From assembly GCA_964234715.1 (NCBI GenBank), contig OZ174279.1: 64,000 nucleotides of DNA. One strand, written 5' to 3'. Positions within the stretch are counted from its first letter, which is position 1. Every line of letters begins with the position of its first letter. This document shows positions 23,313-36,661 of the stretch, piece after piece. This DNA comes from Podarcis melisellensis (Eukaryota). The position numbers and the translations under genes were made by a program. The notes below the pieces were generated by a model, which was not told where the DNA came from, did not search any database, and saw only the letters and a program-made list of their open reading frames with translations.

Positions 23313-24496
23313 TCAGCCTAATGATTTGGCTAGCCTTCATCCTATCAGAGGTGGATATTGGACAGCACAACCATTTTTGCTGTGCAGTGTGCCATGCCTA
23401 GGGTGTAGGCAACTATGGTGTAGTGAAGTGAGCAGAATGAAAGGTGAGAGGCAGGGGTGGGTGGGTGTGCCAAATTTTGGCCTCGCACAGGGCACTGCTG
23501 AAATATGAAAGACCAAAGTTTGCCCCTATCCTATTATAGTCGAACCTCCATGATTTCAGGAAGCAAATGAGGAAAACCTCTAAGCCCTTCTCAAACCCCA
23601 CAGGTTGCTAATTTCAGAGGAGGTAGCTTAGGCCTCCGTCAGGCAGATTCTGCCCTGGAAAGCTAAACCACATTCCAAACATGCCTGTAAATTTCTAAAA
23701 CAGATTATCAATATTAACGAAGCAGTTTACTGCTCTGTAACCCAAGTCTCATGCTGACAGAACCTTCCTGTGGCTGGATTGCATGCAAGAGCACGGCCTC
23801 TTTCACTTGGTGGCTCTTACTGAAACAGTGTCTTCCATCAAAGCTTTTACAATAAGGTTGAACAGTCATGTAACCACCTTTTTCTTTCAGGAGAGAGGGG
23901 ACTAAAGGAATCTGTTCCTGTCATATATTCATGAGTTTAATTGTTTATAACTATAGTTATTCAGCATGTAGAACTGATTAGGACAGAGAAATAGGTCCTC
24001 CTGAGGAATATAATCAAATACACATGTTCTGGGATTCAGGGGAAACAACTGCCCTCTGTAAATGACTTCCTAAACAAGAGAGGGAAACCTTTAGACAGTC
24101 CTATTAGACTGAAGACTACCACAATATGCCTTACTTACAGCTGATTATCTTTCCTAGGACTTCAGATGTCCGATCTGACTGTATAGCCTTCCTAAAGCAC
24201 TTGTAAAGCCCTTATAAATAAAGGCTTTCTAAGAATTTTAAGAGCTGGATGACTAATGTTTATTCCCATGGTGAAGGGAAGTTAGGAGAGCAACTGCCCC
24301 ACAAGCCACTGCTGAGTAGAATACAAAGACTTTGTTCTAAAATATGAAGTAGCAGCCATAGGGAAACTGAACAGGCCTTCCCATTGCCGCATGCTACACC
24401 TCATTTCTTTTTATAGGCTAACTCTCTTCAGCTGGCTATTACTCCCAGCTGTCTTTTAAAAAGAGTTAAAAGGAAAAGCCATACTATATCTTCATG

Positions 24497-24647
24497 CCGT
24501 CTAGCTCAGTATTGTCCATTCTGACTGTCATGGGGTATCCAGTGTTTCAGGCAGGTGATACTCCCAGCCTTACCTGGCGACAGCAGGGATTAGAACCCCA
24601 GGACCTTCTGTGTGCTAGGCAGATGTTCAACCACTGAGCTACAGCCA
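24497..24647 (-). mobile_element. tRNA-derived SINE, degenerate
   Basis: Minus strand reads GGCTGTAGCTCAGTGGTTGAACATCTGC...GGTTCTAATCCC head, followed by a body similar to 29490-29590. Confidence 0.6.
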
Positions 24648-24780
24648 AGAAGGAATACTTAACCATGGAAGAACTAGATAAAACTAGATAAAACTTTGGT
24701 TGATTATTTGGTCAATTATTCCAAAAGGCTAGCTGGCAACCTTATGCAAAGGTGATACAATAAGGGAGAACAATAAGGGA

Positions 24781-25307
24781 TTTTATTTTATTTACTTTTC
24801 AAGTTTATACATTTCACTAATTTTATACATTTCACTAATTTTTACAAGCATTATGACATTTCAAAATTTGACTTCCTTCCCCCTCTTTCTGCAGTTCCTC
24901 AAATTTGTTTCTAATATCTTCTGCATTTAACTTAATTTGTTCATTTATTCATCATTTATTCATCTTCTTTAAATATGTACTCTTATAAAATTGCAGGTTG
25001 GTACAATAATCATGCCAATGTTTTTATCTGTTTATAATGTATCTGTAAATATTCAATAAACCATTTCCATTCTTTTATAAAAGATTTGTTGTCTTGTTTC
25101 CTTATTTTTCTGCATATTCTGTAAGTTTTTGTATCCATTCTTCCTTTGCTGGGACTTCTGCTTCTTTCCATATTTGGGCAAGTAACGTTCTTGCCACTTT
25201 AGAAATATACATGAATAAGTTTCTACACATTTTAGGTAGTTCTGTCCCTATAATTCCCCAAAGAAAAGTTTCTGGTTTTTGTTTTTTTTACAAAGGTTAT
25301 TTTAAAC
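24781..25307 (-). mobile_element. L1-clade LINE 3' fragment
   Basis: Minus-strand translation KPETFLWGIIGTELPKMCRNLFMYISKVARTLLAQIWKEAEVPAKEEWIQKLTEYAE resembles the C-terminus of reptile L1 ORF2. An A-rich 3' UTR follows and ends in TAAATAAATAAAA. Confidence 0.75.
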
Positions 25308-26139
25308 TTGGGACATCTTTAGGCAGAATATTGGGAGGTGACATGTTTGTTCCAGATCTGAGGTTGTTACGCCTCCCACCTTTAAGAAAAATAATTTTTA
25401 ATCACATAGACACCATCTACATATTCAAACCACTGACCAGTTTGTATTGTGTTTTCATGGGTGAGCATGCAAGATTCTTCTTATACTGTTTTAGCTGCTA
25501 TTTAAAAAACGGTTCCTTTCATGGCAAGCTGTTAAATGATGGTGGTAATCCCATTAAAAGTTGCCAAGTTTATAATCCTCACCCATTTCCCCAAAGATTC
25601 TCACACCACCTTCTTCAGGACTTGGAGACAGGGCACTTCTCCCATACCCTTTAGCAGCTATGAAGTGAAGCATTGTGTTTCCCAAACTAGATCATAATGG
25701 CTGCTCATATAGCCTGGATTTCATAAATTATCCATAGGCTCATCAATTTATTCCCACTGATTTATGATTTGAAAACAGAATGAGTCATTCTTGGCATTAT
25801 ACAGAAAGTGTGGAAAGTAAAAGCAATTGGAAAATGTATCTGGAGAACATGCTTCCAACCAACTACAGTTGGTTGGTTGCTCTACAGAACTCAACATGGA
25901 GGGAACCTTAATCAGTGTTACTCTGCAAACAAGCTTCTCTACTAAGGACACTCCTGACTCCTGCTTCCCACTCTCATGGCCAGTGAGCCACTGGAGGAGG
26001 ATGTTCTCAAGATGCATCTCTGACTGCCCTTGTTGCGTGCCCTGGACTTGGCTGCTTCTCAAAACCATATTTCCCTCCCTGGGTTGGTTTTTCTCCTCAG
26101 TGGGCAGTATGATCTCCACAGATACGTTTCTGATCTCTG

Positions 26140-26560
26140 CAGTTCATTTCCAAGCACAATTCAAAGTGTTGGCGCTGACCTTTAAAGCCCTAAACGGCCT
26201 CGGCCCAGTATACTGAAGGTGTGTCTCCACCCCCATCATTCAGTCTGGACACTGAAGTCCAGTTCCGAGGGCCTTCTGGTGGTTCCCTCACTGTGAGAAG
26301 TGTAGTTACAGCGAACCAGGCAGAGGGCCTTCTTGATAGTGGTGCCTGCCCTGTGGAACGCCCTTCCATCAGATGTCAAGGAAATAAACAACTATGTGAC
26401 TTTTAGAAGACATCTGAAGGCAGCCCTGTTTAGTGAAGTATTTAACGTTTGATATTTTATCGTGTTTTTAATATTCTTTTGGGAGCCACCTAGAGTGGCT
26501 GGGGAGACCCAGCCAGATGGGCAGGGTATAAATAAATAAATTATTATTATTATTATTATT
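26140..26560 (+). mobile_element. L2 LINE 3' end with (ATT)n tail
   Basis: VHFQAQFKVLALTFKALNGLGPVY (L2 ORF2 C-terminus), a ...ALWNALP... region, the 3' UTR, and a TAAATAAATAAA-(TTA)n tail. Confidence 0.9.
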
Positions 26561-27231
26561 GGTACATCCTGCCCAGGGAGCTATGAGGGTGCTGTCATGT
26601 GTTGTACATCTTCTATTCCCTTCTTTTTGTATGTGTTATGCACTTGGGACTCTGTTGGTGGAGCTGACATGAGGGGGTTGCCTGGTAGATGGTGACATGT
26701 GAAAGGGGCGTCTCAGTAGCAGTTACCCATTTTGTGGAATGCCCTCCCTGGTGAGGTACATTTGTTTCCCTCATTATTAAATCTTACGAAGAATCTAAAA
26801 AAAATCCTGTTTACTCTGCATTGAGTGGCTGAAAGACTGGTTCCTGACAACTCTGAAATGCTTAGCTGTGAAGGCAGCTGATTGTTTCTTATAAGTTTTA
26901 GACTATATTTAGAAGTTTTAATTGTATTCTTTTAATGGTCTGTTTGCCCTCTTGGGCTCCTTTGGGAGGAAAGGCAGGGTGTGAAATTAATAAATTTAAA
27001 CATTTATTGAATATTTATTAAATTTATCATGATTATTTATAACAAGGAATCAGTGGCTGTGAGCAACATAGATCCTCTTCCTGGAGTAACAGGTTCATGG
27101 TTGGTTCTGCCACTGGCTTTCATGGAGTGAGGGTGCTGTGACATCGCCATGCATTCTGTGTCATGTGGTCATGTGGTGGGCTCTCTGTTGTGGCTCCATT
27201 ACTGAGAACTCATTGCTTCTCTGGGAGAATT

Positions 27232-28047
27232 CATACCCTCCAACATTTCTCCAATGAAAATAAGGACATCCTATTCCATCATCACTGCCATCACCATCAT
27301 CATTTTATTATTTATAACCTACTCCATCTGACTGGTGGGGACGCAGGTGGCGCTGTGGGTTAAAGCCTCAGCGCCTAGGACTTGCCGATCGAAAGGTCGG
27401 CGGTTCGAATCCCTGCGGCGGGGTGCGCTCCCGCTGCTCGGTCCCAGCGCCTGCCAACCTAGCAATTCGAAAGCACCTCCGGGTACAAGTAGATAAATAG
27501 GGACCGCTTACTAGCGGGAAGGTAAACGGCGTTTCCGTGTGCGGCTCTGGCTCGCCAGAGCAGCGATGTCACGCTGGCCACGTGACCCGGAAGTGTCTCC
27601 GGACAGCGCTGGCCCCTGGCCTCTTGAGTGAGATGGGCGCACAACCCCAGAGTCTGGCAAGACTGGCCCGTACGGGCAGGGGTACCTTTACCTTTACCTT
27701 TACCATCTGACTGGATTGCCCCAGCCACTCTGGACAGCTTCCAACATGTATAAAAACATAATAAGATATTAAACATGTTTTTTTAAAAACTTCCCTATGC
27801 AGGTCTGCCTTCAGATGTCTTCTAAAGGTTGTATAGTTACTTATCTCCTTGGTTTGGGGGCAGGGGGCATAGCTCCATATCCTCCAATATTTCTCTGATG
27901 AAAATAGTGACGTCCTGCTGCACACTTCAATATTTCTCCAGTGGAAACAGGGACAGATTGAGGAAAAGCAGGACACAAATCAGAAACTAGGACGGTTTCT
28001 GTAAATCTGGAACTGACCCTGGAAAAGAGCGATACTTGGAGGGCCTG
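27232..28047 (-). mobile_element. TIR element carrying an L2 tail (family of 30622 and 59605), interrupted by a Sauria SINE
   Basis: Ends CATACCCTCCAA / TTGGAGGGCCTG and an internal reverse L2 3' UTR. The degenerate 6-bp flanks are AGAATT / GGAACT. Confidence 0.75.
27337..27702 (+). mobile_element. Sauria SINE (type A), full length, CpG-rich (young)
   Basis: Head and B-box intact, (ACCTTT)3 tail. 12-bp TSD CCATCTGACTGG at 27324-27335 and 27703-27714. Confidence 0.95.
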
Positions 28048-29154
28048 GGAACTCTCAGTGGCATAATCTCTAGCTGGTGGGTGGGCTTTGGTGATGTTTC
28101 CAGGGGCACTGGAGAACACATCTGCTGGTTTTAATGCCTCTTCTGCATTTTCTGATGGTGTGTTTTGCTCCTCCTAGGCTACACATGCATCAAGTATGGT
28201 GGACAATATTCTGCTGGTTGCAGTGGTGACAGGGGTCTCCCCAGTCCTGGTGCAATGTCAATTGAGGGCTGCTCTGTGAAGCATTACTGGACCGGTGAGG
28301 TGGAATCAATGACTGGGGAACCAGACTGGAATTATTAGTGGGAATGCTTAATTTTACTCTTTCTTTTGTTGTTGTTGAAAGAGTCCTTTGAAAAACCTCT
28401 TCAACAATCAGAGTTCTTTCTTCTTAGTCACTTGTCAACATTGTTCTCTTGCCACTTTGAAAGGAACTCAAAGAGAACAGCTCTCGTGTTATATACTGCT
28501 AAGTGTTACCATATATATATCAAACTATTTCAGCTGCCTTCTCCCCTCACCCCCCGCCCTGTTCTCCTTCCAAGTACAGAATTTTCCTCAAACTTGTCAG
28601 GAGAAACAGCAGTGTATGGAGAGGAGGCGGCTGTATGAAAGTCCATTAAACATGGTGGTGATCTCTTTTTTTAATGATTCCCCCCCCCTTAATGATCCAA
28701 CCTCCTCTCTTGTTTGCCAGTAGCAATATGTCAACTTCTTTGTTTATTTGTTTTGCGCTAGTTAATACCGCATGTCACTCCTGATGCTCATGTAGCGATG
28801 GCTTTTGCCAGCTCCCAGCAAGCTAAATACCTTGTTTCGTTGTCAAGTGCCAGCACCCTTTCTGTGCAGAACATTTTTATTAATCATTCCTGCACCTTGG
28901 GAGAAAAAGCTTCATACAAGATTGTGTGTCACATGCTAACAGTGAGCGAGGTAAAATCCCGAATCCATGCACAAAGGCTGCAAGCAGCATGACCCACACA
29001 TGCAATGCCAGGTGCTTATTGCTGGATAGAGATGCAGTGGAACGCTCTGCTTTCGGTCCCCACAGGGTGAATGTTCCTACCACTACAACTTCTGTCAGAT
29101 GGCCTTGGCAACACATGGTTGGTACTCCGGTGTAATTCACAGTGAACCCTTAGG

Positions 29155-29478
29155 CAGGGGCGGAGCAAGCCCAGGGGCGGAGCCAGCCACCTGCGGGGCC
29201 AGCCGAGCTGGGGCAGGATGCTTCGCAGGGCCTCTGAGAAGTCTGCCTGCCTCCTCCCACTCAGCCGCCATATAGCTGGGGGGGGAGGCAGCAAGCCAAC
29301 CATTTGGGGCAGCGTGGAGACTGCGGGCACCCAAGCCACCGCTTCACTCCCAGGAGAGACGCATGGCTCGGGCACACTGCAGTCCCCACAGTGAGCGCTG
29401 CCCAGCATTTTGTCACTCCCCTCAGTGGTGACACCCGGGGTGGACTGCCCCCAATGCACTTCCCTTCCTCCGCTCCTG
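29155..29478. mobile_element. GC-rich hAT-like MITE
   Basis: TIRs CAGGGGCGGAGCAAG / CTTCCTCCGCTCCTG; the TSD is not clean. Confidence 0.55.
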
Positions 29479-29489
29479 CCTTGATGTGA

Positions 29490-29590
29490 TTGTCTGAAAC
29501 CCTGGAGAACCTCTGCCAGTCTTTGTAGACCATGCTGACCTAGATGGACCAAAGGTCTGACTCATGTGGCAGCTTCCTATATTCTTATGT
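29490..29590 (+). mobile_element. 3' part of a SINE/CR1-type tail
   Basis: CTAGATGGACCAAAGGTCTGACTC...CTTCCTATATTCTTATG, a CR1-like terminal motif. Confidence 0.55.
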
Positions 29591-30621
29591 CCCCTTGAAA
29601 TCCATGGGGAAATGAAATCTTCCACCAATTCTAAAGTACAATGGTTTCAATACGATTTAGGCTTCTTTACACACACTTGGGCTCTATAACTACTGTTCTT
29701 GTTAGTGTCATTTTTTGCATTAGCAATGTTGGTGTCATTCTTCATCCTTTACATATAAAGGGTCTAAAACAACTAGGCAACCTACACATTAAAAATAAAG
29801 CAGACCCGAGGTCCCTGTGGTGGTGGCTACAGCAAACAAGGAAAACCTTTCAGCCTCCATTGCTTTAGCAGTGTCATTGAGCAGAACAATTTTAAACTTT
29901 GCAGAATCTCTTGGGTGCGATATGTTTGTAAAAACACTTTGCTGATAAAATAAGCTCCATCATATCACTTGAATGATAGATTAGATACATCATGCTACAT
30001 GATACAAAAGACTGCAGGCATATAATTTTCAGTTCCAAGCTAATTTTGGATTTTGTGGCAGAGATTCAGCCTTTATGCCACCTTCCTGCCCTAACCAAAG
30101 AAGAAACCACATGAACCACAATGCTTCCTTTTTCCTTTTGCATGCTGTAATGTTTATGTGATTGCTCCAAAAGTTATCTGTACTGCAACTCACTATGTCC
30201 TGAAAAATAATAATATATGGACTGGTTTCTAAAGAACTTATGATTGGTAGGTTTCCAGTTTGTGGTGAACTGGTGGTGTGTACTCAGTGCCATGTGTACA
30301 GATCACATTGGCAAGTGCTGGTGGGAGAATCATTCTTACCAATGGGTGCAAAAGCTAAATCCTACACATCATGGTGAATGGCCAAAATAAGCACATCACA
30401 GACTCAAGAAGAACAGTAGTATGAGTGGGCCCTGAATCACAATTTAGGCTTGTTTTGGACCATTTATAAGTTACTTCTCTAGTGTGTCTGCATCCATTGC
30501 AAAGGTCCATTCATATTGACTTCATCTTGTAAACAATGGCCACATGCAAAATGGGCTTTAAAAAACAAAAAAATACAGTACATTAAGGCTTGGCAGACAC
30601 TTCTCACTTGTTCATGTACAT

Positions 30622-30955
30622 CAGACCCTCCAAGTGTTCCTATTTTCCAGGGGCATCCCTGATTTAGAGAAGTTTCTGATTTGATCCTGAAATGTACCAC
30701 TTTCCCTTAGGATGCCCCTATTTTCATTGGAGAAATGTTGGAGGGTATGGAGTTATCTGACCCCTAAGCCATCTGGAAGCAATCCTGTATAGGGATTTTT
30801 TTTTAATGTTTAATGTTTTATTACATTATTATATATCTTGGAAGCTGCCCAGAGTGGCTGGGGCAACCCAGTAAGATGTGTGGGGTATAAATAGTAAAAT
30901 TATTATCATGGAATGGGACGTCCCTATTTTCATTGGAGAAATGTTGGAGGGTATG
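30622..30955 (+). mobile_element. Non-autonomous TIR (hAT-like) element with 6-bp TSD and captured L2 3' UTR
   Basis: TIRs CAGACCCTCCAA / TTGGAGGGTATG; TSD GTACAT at 30616-30621 and 30956-30961. An internal L2 tail at ~30770-30905 is bracketed by a duplicated CCCTATTTTCATTGGAGAAATGTTGGAGGGTATG end. Confidence 0.82.
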
Positions 30956-32134
30956 GTACATATTCTGTTTTTAAAATAAATAAACTTAAATGCTGGACAG
31001 CTCAATAATAGTTTGTTATTCCATTTTCCAGTTTATTACTTTAAAAGTAGTATTATATGAAAATTTCATGTGACACATGGATCACTTTTCTCTAGGATAT
31101 AGTTTTTTATATTGTAGGTCCTATGTCATGTCTCTGTTGCTATAGAAACTATAGAAGAGCAAAAGCTTGTGCAAAACCTTTTAGGGAGGGGGGGAACCCT
31201 GCATTCTCAACTGTTTTTAAGTTGAGACTGTCCTCACTTCAGAGATTTACAGCAAACGCACACAAAAGTATGATTTTAGCATTAAACACAAGACAAGTCT
31301 CCGATTGCATGTATTTGCAGTCTTGTCATTTGGACAGAAAGATCCAAGAGCAGATATCCAGATTTAAATACTATGGCAGTTTTGTATTGTTGTTAGAGGT
31401 GATTAATTACTCAAATCCACTGTGAACCATTCATTCAGTGCATGGTGTGTAAGCCCAGTCCTTTTATCTCCAGTATTCTGTAACATCCAACTGGTTAGTT
31501 TTACTCCACTGAACTAAACAAGGGTGTGGGGCCTTCCGAGGCACACACTTTGGATAAATACCACTGTACATTTGCCAAGAGGGTCTCTAAAATCAGCTCT
31601 GTAAATGTCATGATCCTTAAAGCCATTGTGGTCTCCATGAAGAGAGTTCCTTCAGCACATTTGGCGAGGCTGCCTAGCGCACACTTTGTTTTCCCAAGAG
31701 ATGAAAGCGGAGCAGTAAACCATTTTTGTACAATGTCATTCTCCCACAACAGTTTATGAAAGAAACATCTGTGACAAGAATCTCTAATGTTGTTCCTCAA
31801 AGCCGCAGCAGACGCTAAAAGGGAGTTGTGCAAAAATCAATCTCTTTCCAAGGCCTTCCAGACCATGACACTTGATTTGCTCAGTTTCACATGTAGTAGC
31901 TCCTTCACATGTGCGGAGACACTGGGATATTGAAAGAGGGGATTTCATTCAGGCTCAGCCTGAATAAACAGTTTTGCCAGATAGCGTGCAAATGTACGAG
32001 TTTGCATTACCTCAGAACTGTTCAGAATCCTGTTGCTTTGGCAGCAACAGGGGAAAATTGCAAACACGGGCTTTTTATTTGCATCCATTCGATTTTGTGA
32101 TAAGACTATACTATTACATTTACATCCCACATGG

Positions 32135-32293
32135 TTCTCCCCTTACCCATTTTATCCTCAAAACAACCCTGTCAGGAAGGTTAGGCTGAGAGAACATGAT
32201 TGGACCAAGATCACCCAGTGACCTTCATGGGGATTTGAAACCAGGTTTCCCAGGTTCTTGTCTGATTGCTCTAGCCACTACACCACATTGGCT
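32135..32293 (-). mobile_element. tRNA-derived MIR/CORE-like (Squam3-like) SINE
   Basis: Minus-strand head AGCCAATGTGGTGTAGTGGCTAGAGC, B-box GGTTTCAAATCC, and body CTCAGCCTAACCT...CAGGGTTGTT. Confidence 0.65.
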
Positions 32294-32546
32294 AGATGGA
32301 GACAAATGCCAATTTACTACACATTTTACCTCACCGCTGCACCTGTTTTGTGGGCAAATTCTCCTTACCACTTGGCAAATGATAAGACTCACTCAAAATG
32401 AGGCCTGACACCCCAAGATAGCTGTATCATCTGTATTGATCTGCCAAATGTTAATAAGGATTTTTAATATTACTTCTTTACCTTAGAAGTAGGCACCAAA
32501 ATCAACCCTATAGCCAAAATGAGGTCCCACAACTTCCAGATGCCAT

Positions 32547-33167
32547 GAATGAATCAGAATTGTAGAGTTGGAAGGGACCCTGAGTGTCGTCTAGTCTCAC
32601 CCCCCTATGATACAGGAATCTCAACTAAAGCATCCATGAGAGATGCCCATCCGACCTCTGATTACAAACCTCCAGGAAGGAGAGTCCACCACCTCCCAAG
32701 GGAGAATGTTAAACTGTTTAGTCAGAATCTCCTTTCTTGTAACTTGAATCCATTGGTTTGGGGCCTACCCTCCACAGCAGGAGAAAACAAGCTTGCTCCA
32801 TCTTCCATGTGACAGTTTTATAGATATTTGAAGATGGCTATCGTATCTCCTCTCAGTTTTCCTCTTTTCCAGGCTAAACATACCCTGCTCCTTCAACCAT
32901 TCCTCATAAGGCTTGATTTGCAGACCCTTGATCATATTGGTTACCCTTCTCTGCACACCTTCCAGGTTGTCAATATCTTTCTTAAATTGAGGTGCTCAGA
33001 ACTGGACACAGAATTCCAAATGTGGTCTGACCAAGGGAAAATAGAGTGGGACCATTGCTTCCCTTGATCTGGACACTATACTTCTGTTGATGCAGCCTAG
33101 AATAGCATTAGCAGTGTGCTGCATCACACTGTTGACTTGTGTTAAGCTTGTGGTCCACCAAGACCCC
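32547..33167 (-). mobile_element. CR1 LINE 3' fragment
   Basis: Minus-strand ORF2 motifs [38 protein letters not shown] and [11 protein letters not shown]...[17 protein letters not shown]. The 3' end is CCCTTCCAACTCTACAATTCTGATTC. Confidence 0.92.
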
Positions 33168-34941
33168 GAGAATGAGCAATGAATGTGTACAGATGGGAGC
33201 CCGTTCATATTCTTTGCATTCATTTCGGACTGAGAGAATAATGTACCAAACGGGCACCATTCAGTCCAGTTTTCCATTTCCTCCGAAATGAACACAGATT
33301 TCTAGCAAAATGGGCTCATCCAGCCTCCCTCCCACTCTCAAGTCGGAGATCTTATCCAGTCTTAATACCTGACATCTATTAACTGGGGATTTCAGGGACC
33401 AAACTTAAGGACCAAAGACATGCAGATCACACACTCCACTGAGTCTTGATTATTGTTAAAGAACTGCCTCCTATTAGAGTGCCCTGCAGTTCCATGAGCC
33501 ACAATGGATGCTTTTTTATTTCACAACACCTCAGCTCCCAGGATCAGACTCACAGTGTGAGGATGCTAATAAAAATCCATTGTTGTTGTTTATTAAGTCT
33601 CCGGCCTTTGACAGGCAAAGGCCTTCCGAAATCCCAAATTGCAACTCTAAGGAACCAAGTAACACAATGTAATAAATCTGGCACAATACTGGACACTAAA
33701 TATCCTCATCCACTGTGGTAAACAGGCTCAGAAACTGCTTACAGAAACAGGGTCATCAGCTTTGATGCTTAAGCAAATACTTAAAGAGGGTGAATAGTTC
33801 TACTGATTTTAAAAGGACTATTCACAAGCCGGTGCCAAGGACCTCCTTAAAATGCTTTATTAACTTGTAGGCCACAGTGAAAAACAAATATAATCAGCAA
33901 CAGCCAAAGGGGGAAAACTTCCAACATTAAAGGAAAGCAGCTGGGAGTCAAGTTTGTGCATTCTTTTCAAGAAGATAAATAAGGAATAGAACAGGCTGGA
34001 TATTCCTGCACAGTGTATATAATGGCAAGTTCTTATATCTGGTTTTTTTTGGGGGGGGTGCATATATTCATCTAGAATAAATGATTTTCCATGTAGCGTT
34101 CAGTACATGGAATTAACATTTGATTTCAATTTCCAAAGCCCATTTACTCACAGGGCAAATTAAAGTGTTTTATTCTCAAGAATGAAATGCAAAGATTCAG
34201 TCTCGTGCTACCTCATAACCCCCTCTCTCCCTTGGGAGCTGCAATTAAAGTTTTTTATATGAATAGTCATTTAGTGTGCAAGGTATTAAGCTGAAATACT
34301 TGGGATGGTTGAATTTTCCCATCGTACTGCAGCTGGCTTGTACAATGCATCCAGTTTTACTATCAAACATTAGACTTGTGAGTACGGATTATGTAATTTG
34401 GAGAAACAAATATGTAATGGGATTTACTATGACATGCTGTACCGTGATGCTCATATCTGGAATCTTATAGCAGATGCATTTAATAGAGTAATCAGTATAA
34501 TATAGAACTATAATTCAGCACATTCTGTAACAAGATAATGACATTATTATATCACCACTATTGAGAGTTTATTCTCAAAAATGAAAATATGGCTTCTGGA
34601 TGTATTGCATTAAGGACAACGACAACATATATTTTGTCCGTTCATTTTCCCACCCATCATTTCTGGGGGAATCGCATCACAAGATATGTACTCATGACTT
34701 GAGATCTTGTAAATTCCAGGTCCAATGCTGCTAAAGGAGCTTTTCCCACTAGACTTTCATGAACATTAGTATGTCCTCCCAATTGCTGGTTCAGCTAATG
34801 GCTGTGTATCAGAACAATTTACAGAATGCATTTCCCCCTGCAAAAATCATCCCAAGCCAATCCTCCTCAAGCACATGTTCATGTAAATATATTTAATGTG
34901 TGCAATGCACAAAGCCTCTCCTCTTCCCTGAGGGGAGGAGT

Positions 34942-35936
34942 TGTGAGTGGGCCTCGCTTCCCGCGCTTCACAAGGGGTGTGGATGGCCCCCTGTGTCACA
35001 GAGAGTTCCAGGCCCGCGTCATGCCCACAGCCAGCCAATATGGCTGGCTGGGGGTCGTGGTTTGCCACTCTTAAGTGAGCATGGGACTGTGGCTCAGCCT
35101 GTTTGTTTCCTGCACGCACTGATCTCCCTCTCTCCCTCTATTCTCGTGCATTCAACACCTGACCTTGCTATGGACCTCAGCTGGTCACCTTGGTTGTCCA
35201 AGGGGCCTGGTAGGAATTTTTTCCACTTGGCAGATTGGCACCAGCTACTTGGTTTTTCATCTACCTAGTAGCAAATCTTCACAACTTTGTAAGGTTTGAC
35301 AGGCATTGGGAAATGTGTTGGAGGGGAGGTTGTGGCCATCACCTACCCCTCCCTTTGAAGGGGATTCCATTAAAGGAATCTGGTAGTCTTGGTTCCTGTC
35401 TGAAGCCCATGTGGTGGCTATGGCCATGGCAGGACCCTCCGGTGCCTCTTGGAGAGAGCTTCCTGTTGATTTGCATCAACAAGCTTCCCTACAGGTTGTT
35501 AACCCTTGTGTGACTTCCTGCAGAGCAGGTAGGAGTCAAGTACAGTGGTACCTCAGGTTAAGAACTTAATTCATTCTGGAGGTCCCTTCTTAACCTGAAA
35601 CTGTTCTTAACCTGAGATACCACCTTAGCTAATGGGGCCTCCCGCTGCCACCATGCCGTCACTGCACGATTTCTGTTCTCATCCTGAAGTAAAATTACTA
35701 TTTACCCAAGGTACTATTTCTGGGTTAGCGGAGTCTGTAACCTGAAGCTTCTGTAACCTGAAGCATCTGTAACCTGAGATACCATTGTATAGTTGGTTCG
35801 AATCCAATGCCTAAGCCAATACCACTCACATTCTGTAACCAATAAAGTTGTGGCCTTTTTTAGCCCATTAACCTAAAATACTTCTGTCCATGTGTCTTAT
35901 TTCATCATAAAGCAGGGGATGGGGCCTCAACTCACT
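34942..35936 (+). mobile_element. Possible solo LTR (unassigned), interrupted by a Tigger-like MITE
   Basis: GC-richer block starting TGTGAGT and ending ACTCAC, with CCAAT at ~35035 and AATAAA at ~35841 near the right end. No clean TSD. Confidence 0.3.
35543..35787. mobile_element. Tigger/pogo-like MITE
   Basis: TA|CAGTGGTACCTCAGGTTA ... TAACCTGAGATACCATTG|TA; same family as 41864 and 61953. Confidence 0.9.
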
Positions 35937-36159
35937 ACTTCAGATAAGACAGGCAGCAAGAATGGTTTTCCTTCCATCTCCTGCACTCAAAGGACACCCG
36001 TATGAATGGAACTTGAGGAGGAAGATTGACCTCTGCTACAATCACTTGAATGCAGAACGTCTTAAAACATATTTCTTCCTGTACATTTTGACATCTCTTA
36101 TTTTTCTCTTCTGCACTTATTCAAAAGCTAAAGGACATTTGCACCAATTAAACCACCCA

Positions 36160-36295
36160 CCTGGATCAAACCAAATATCCACCTAGTCTAGCATCCTGTT
36201 TTCGACAGTGACCAAACCAATGCCACTGGGAAGTCCATATGCAGGACACAAAGGCAATAGCCCTTGCCCCCAGCAACTTCTGTTCAGTAGTGCTG
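36160..36295 (-). mobile_element. CR1 3' UTR fragment
   Basis: CCTGGATCAAACCAAATATCCACCTAGTCTAGCATCCTGTTTTC matches the reverse of 43930-43975. Confidence 0.55.
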
Positions 36296-36612
36296 TGCTG
36301 AAATTTGTCCTTCAGTTTCTCAAAAGCTCTCTTCATCTGCAAAAGAGGCTTCTGTTGTTCTGCTTCTCTCACAGTGTTCATTAGAATGTTTCTTTATACT
36401 TTCAGTGGTTGCAAGGTTGAATTTAATGCGTTGCTCTTCAACTGGTGGGTAAGGACCCACTAGTGGATTGTGGCCTGATCCAAGGTGGGTTGCAACAGGG
36501 CCACCATCCAAATATGTGGTAAAAGATTAAGAAATGGGTCCCCAAATGCATGGGGTCCTGGGTCTGAAATGGTTGAAGATACCTGATTTAATGTATTGTT
36601 ATGAAGTGGCCA

Positions 36613-36614
<2 letters not shown>

Positions 36615-36657
<43 letters not shown>
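36615..36657. repeat. (GT)n microsatellite
   Basis: About 21 GT units. Confidence 0.95.

Positions 36658-36661
<4 letters not shown>

Noticed and set aside
25094-25654. 186-aa plus-strand ORF
   Set aside because: The first part is antisense to an L1 fragment, the start is non-ATG, and no domain is recognisable.
29016-29552. 178-aa ORF / apparent CpG-island promoter with GGGGCGG boxes
   Set aside because: The GC-rich part coincides with a TIR-bounded MITE-like element (29155-29478).
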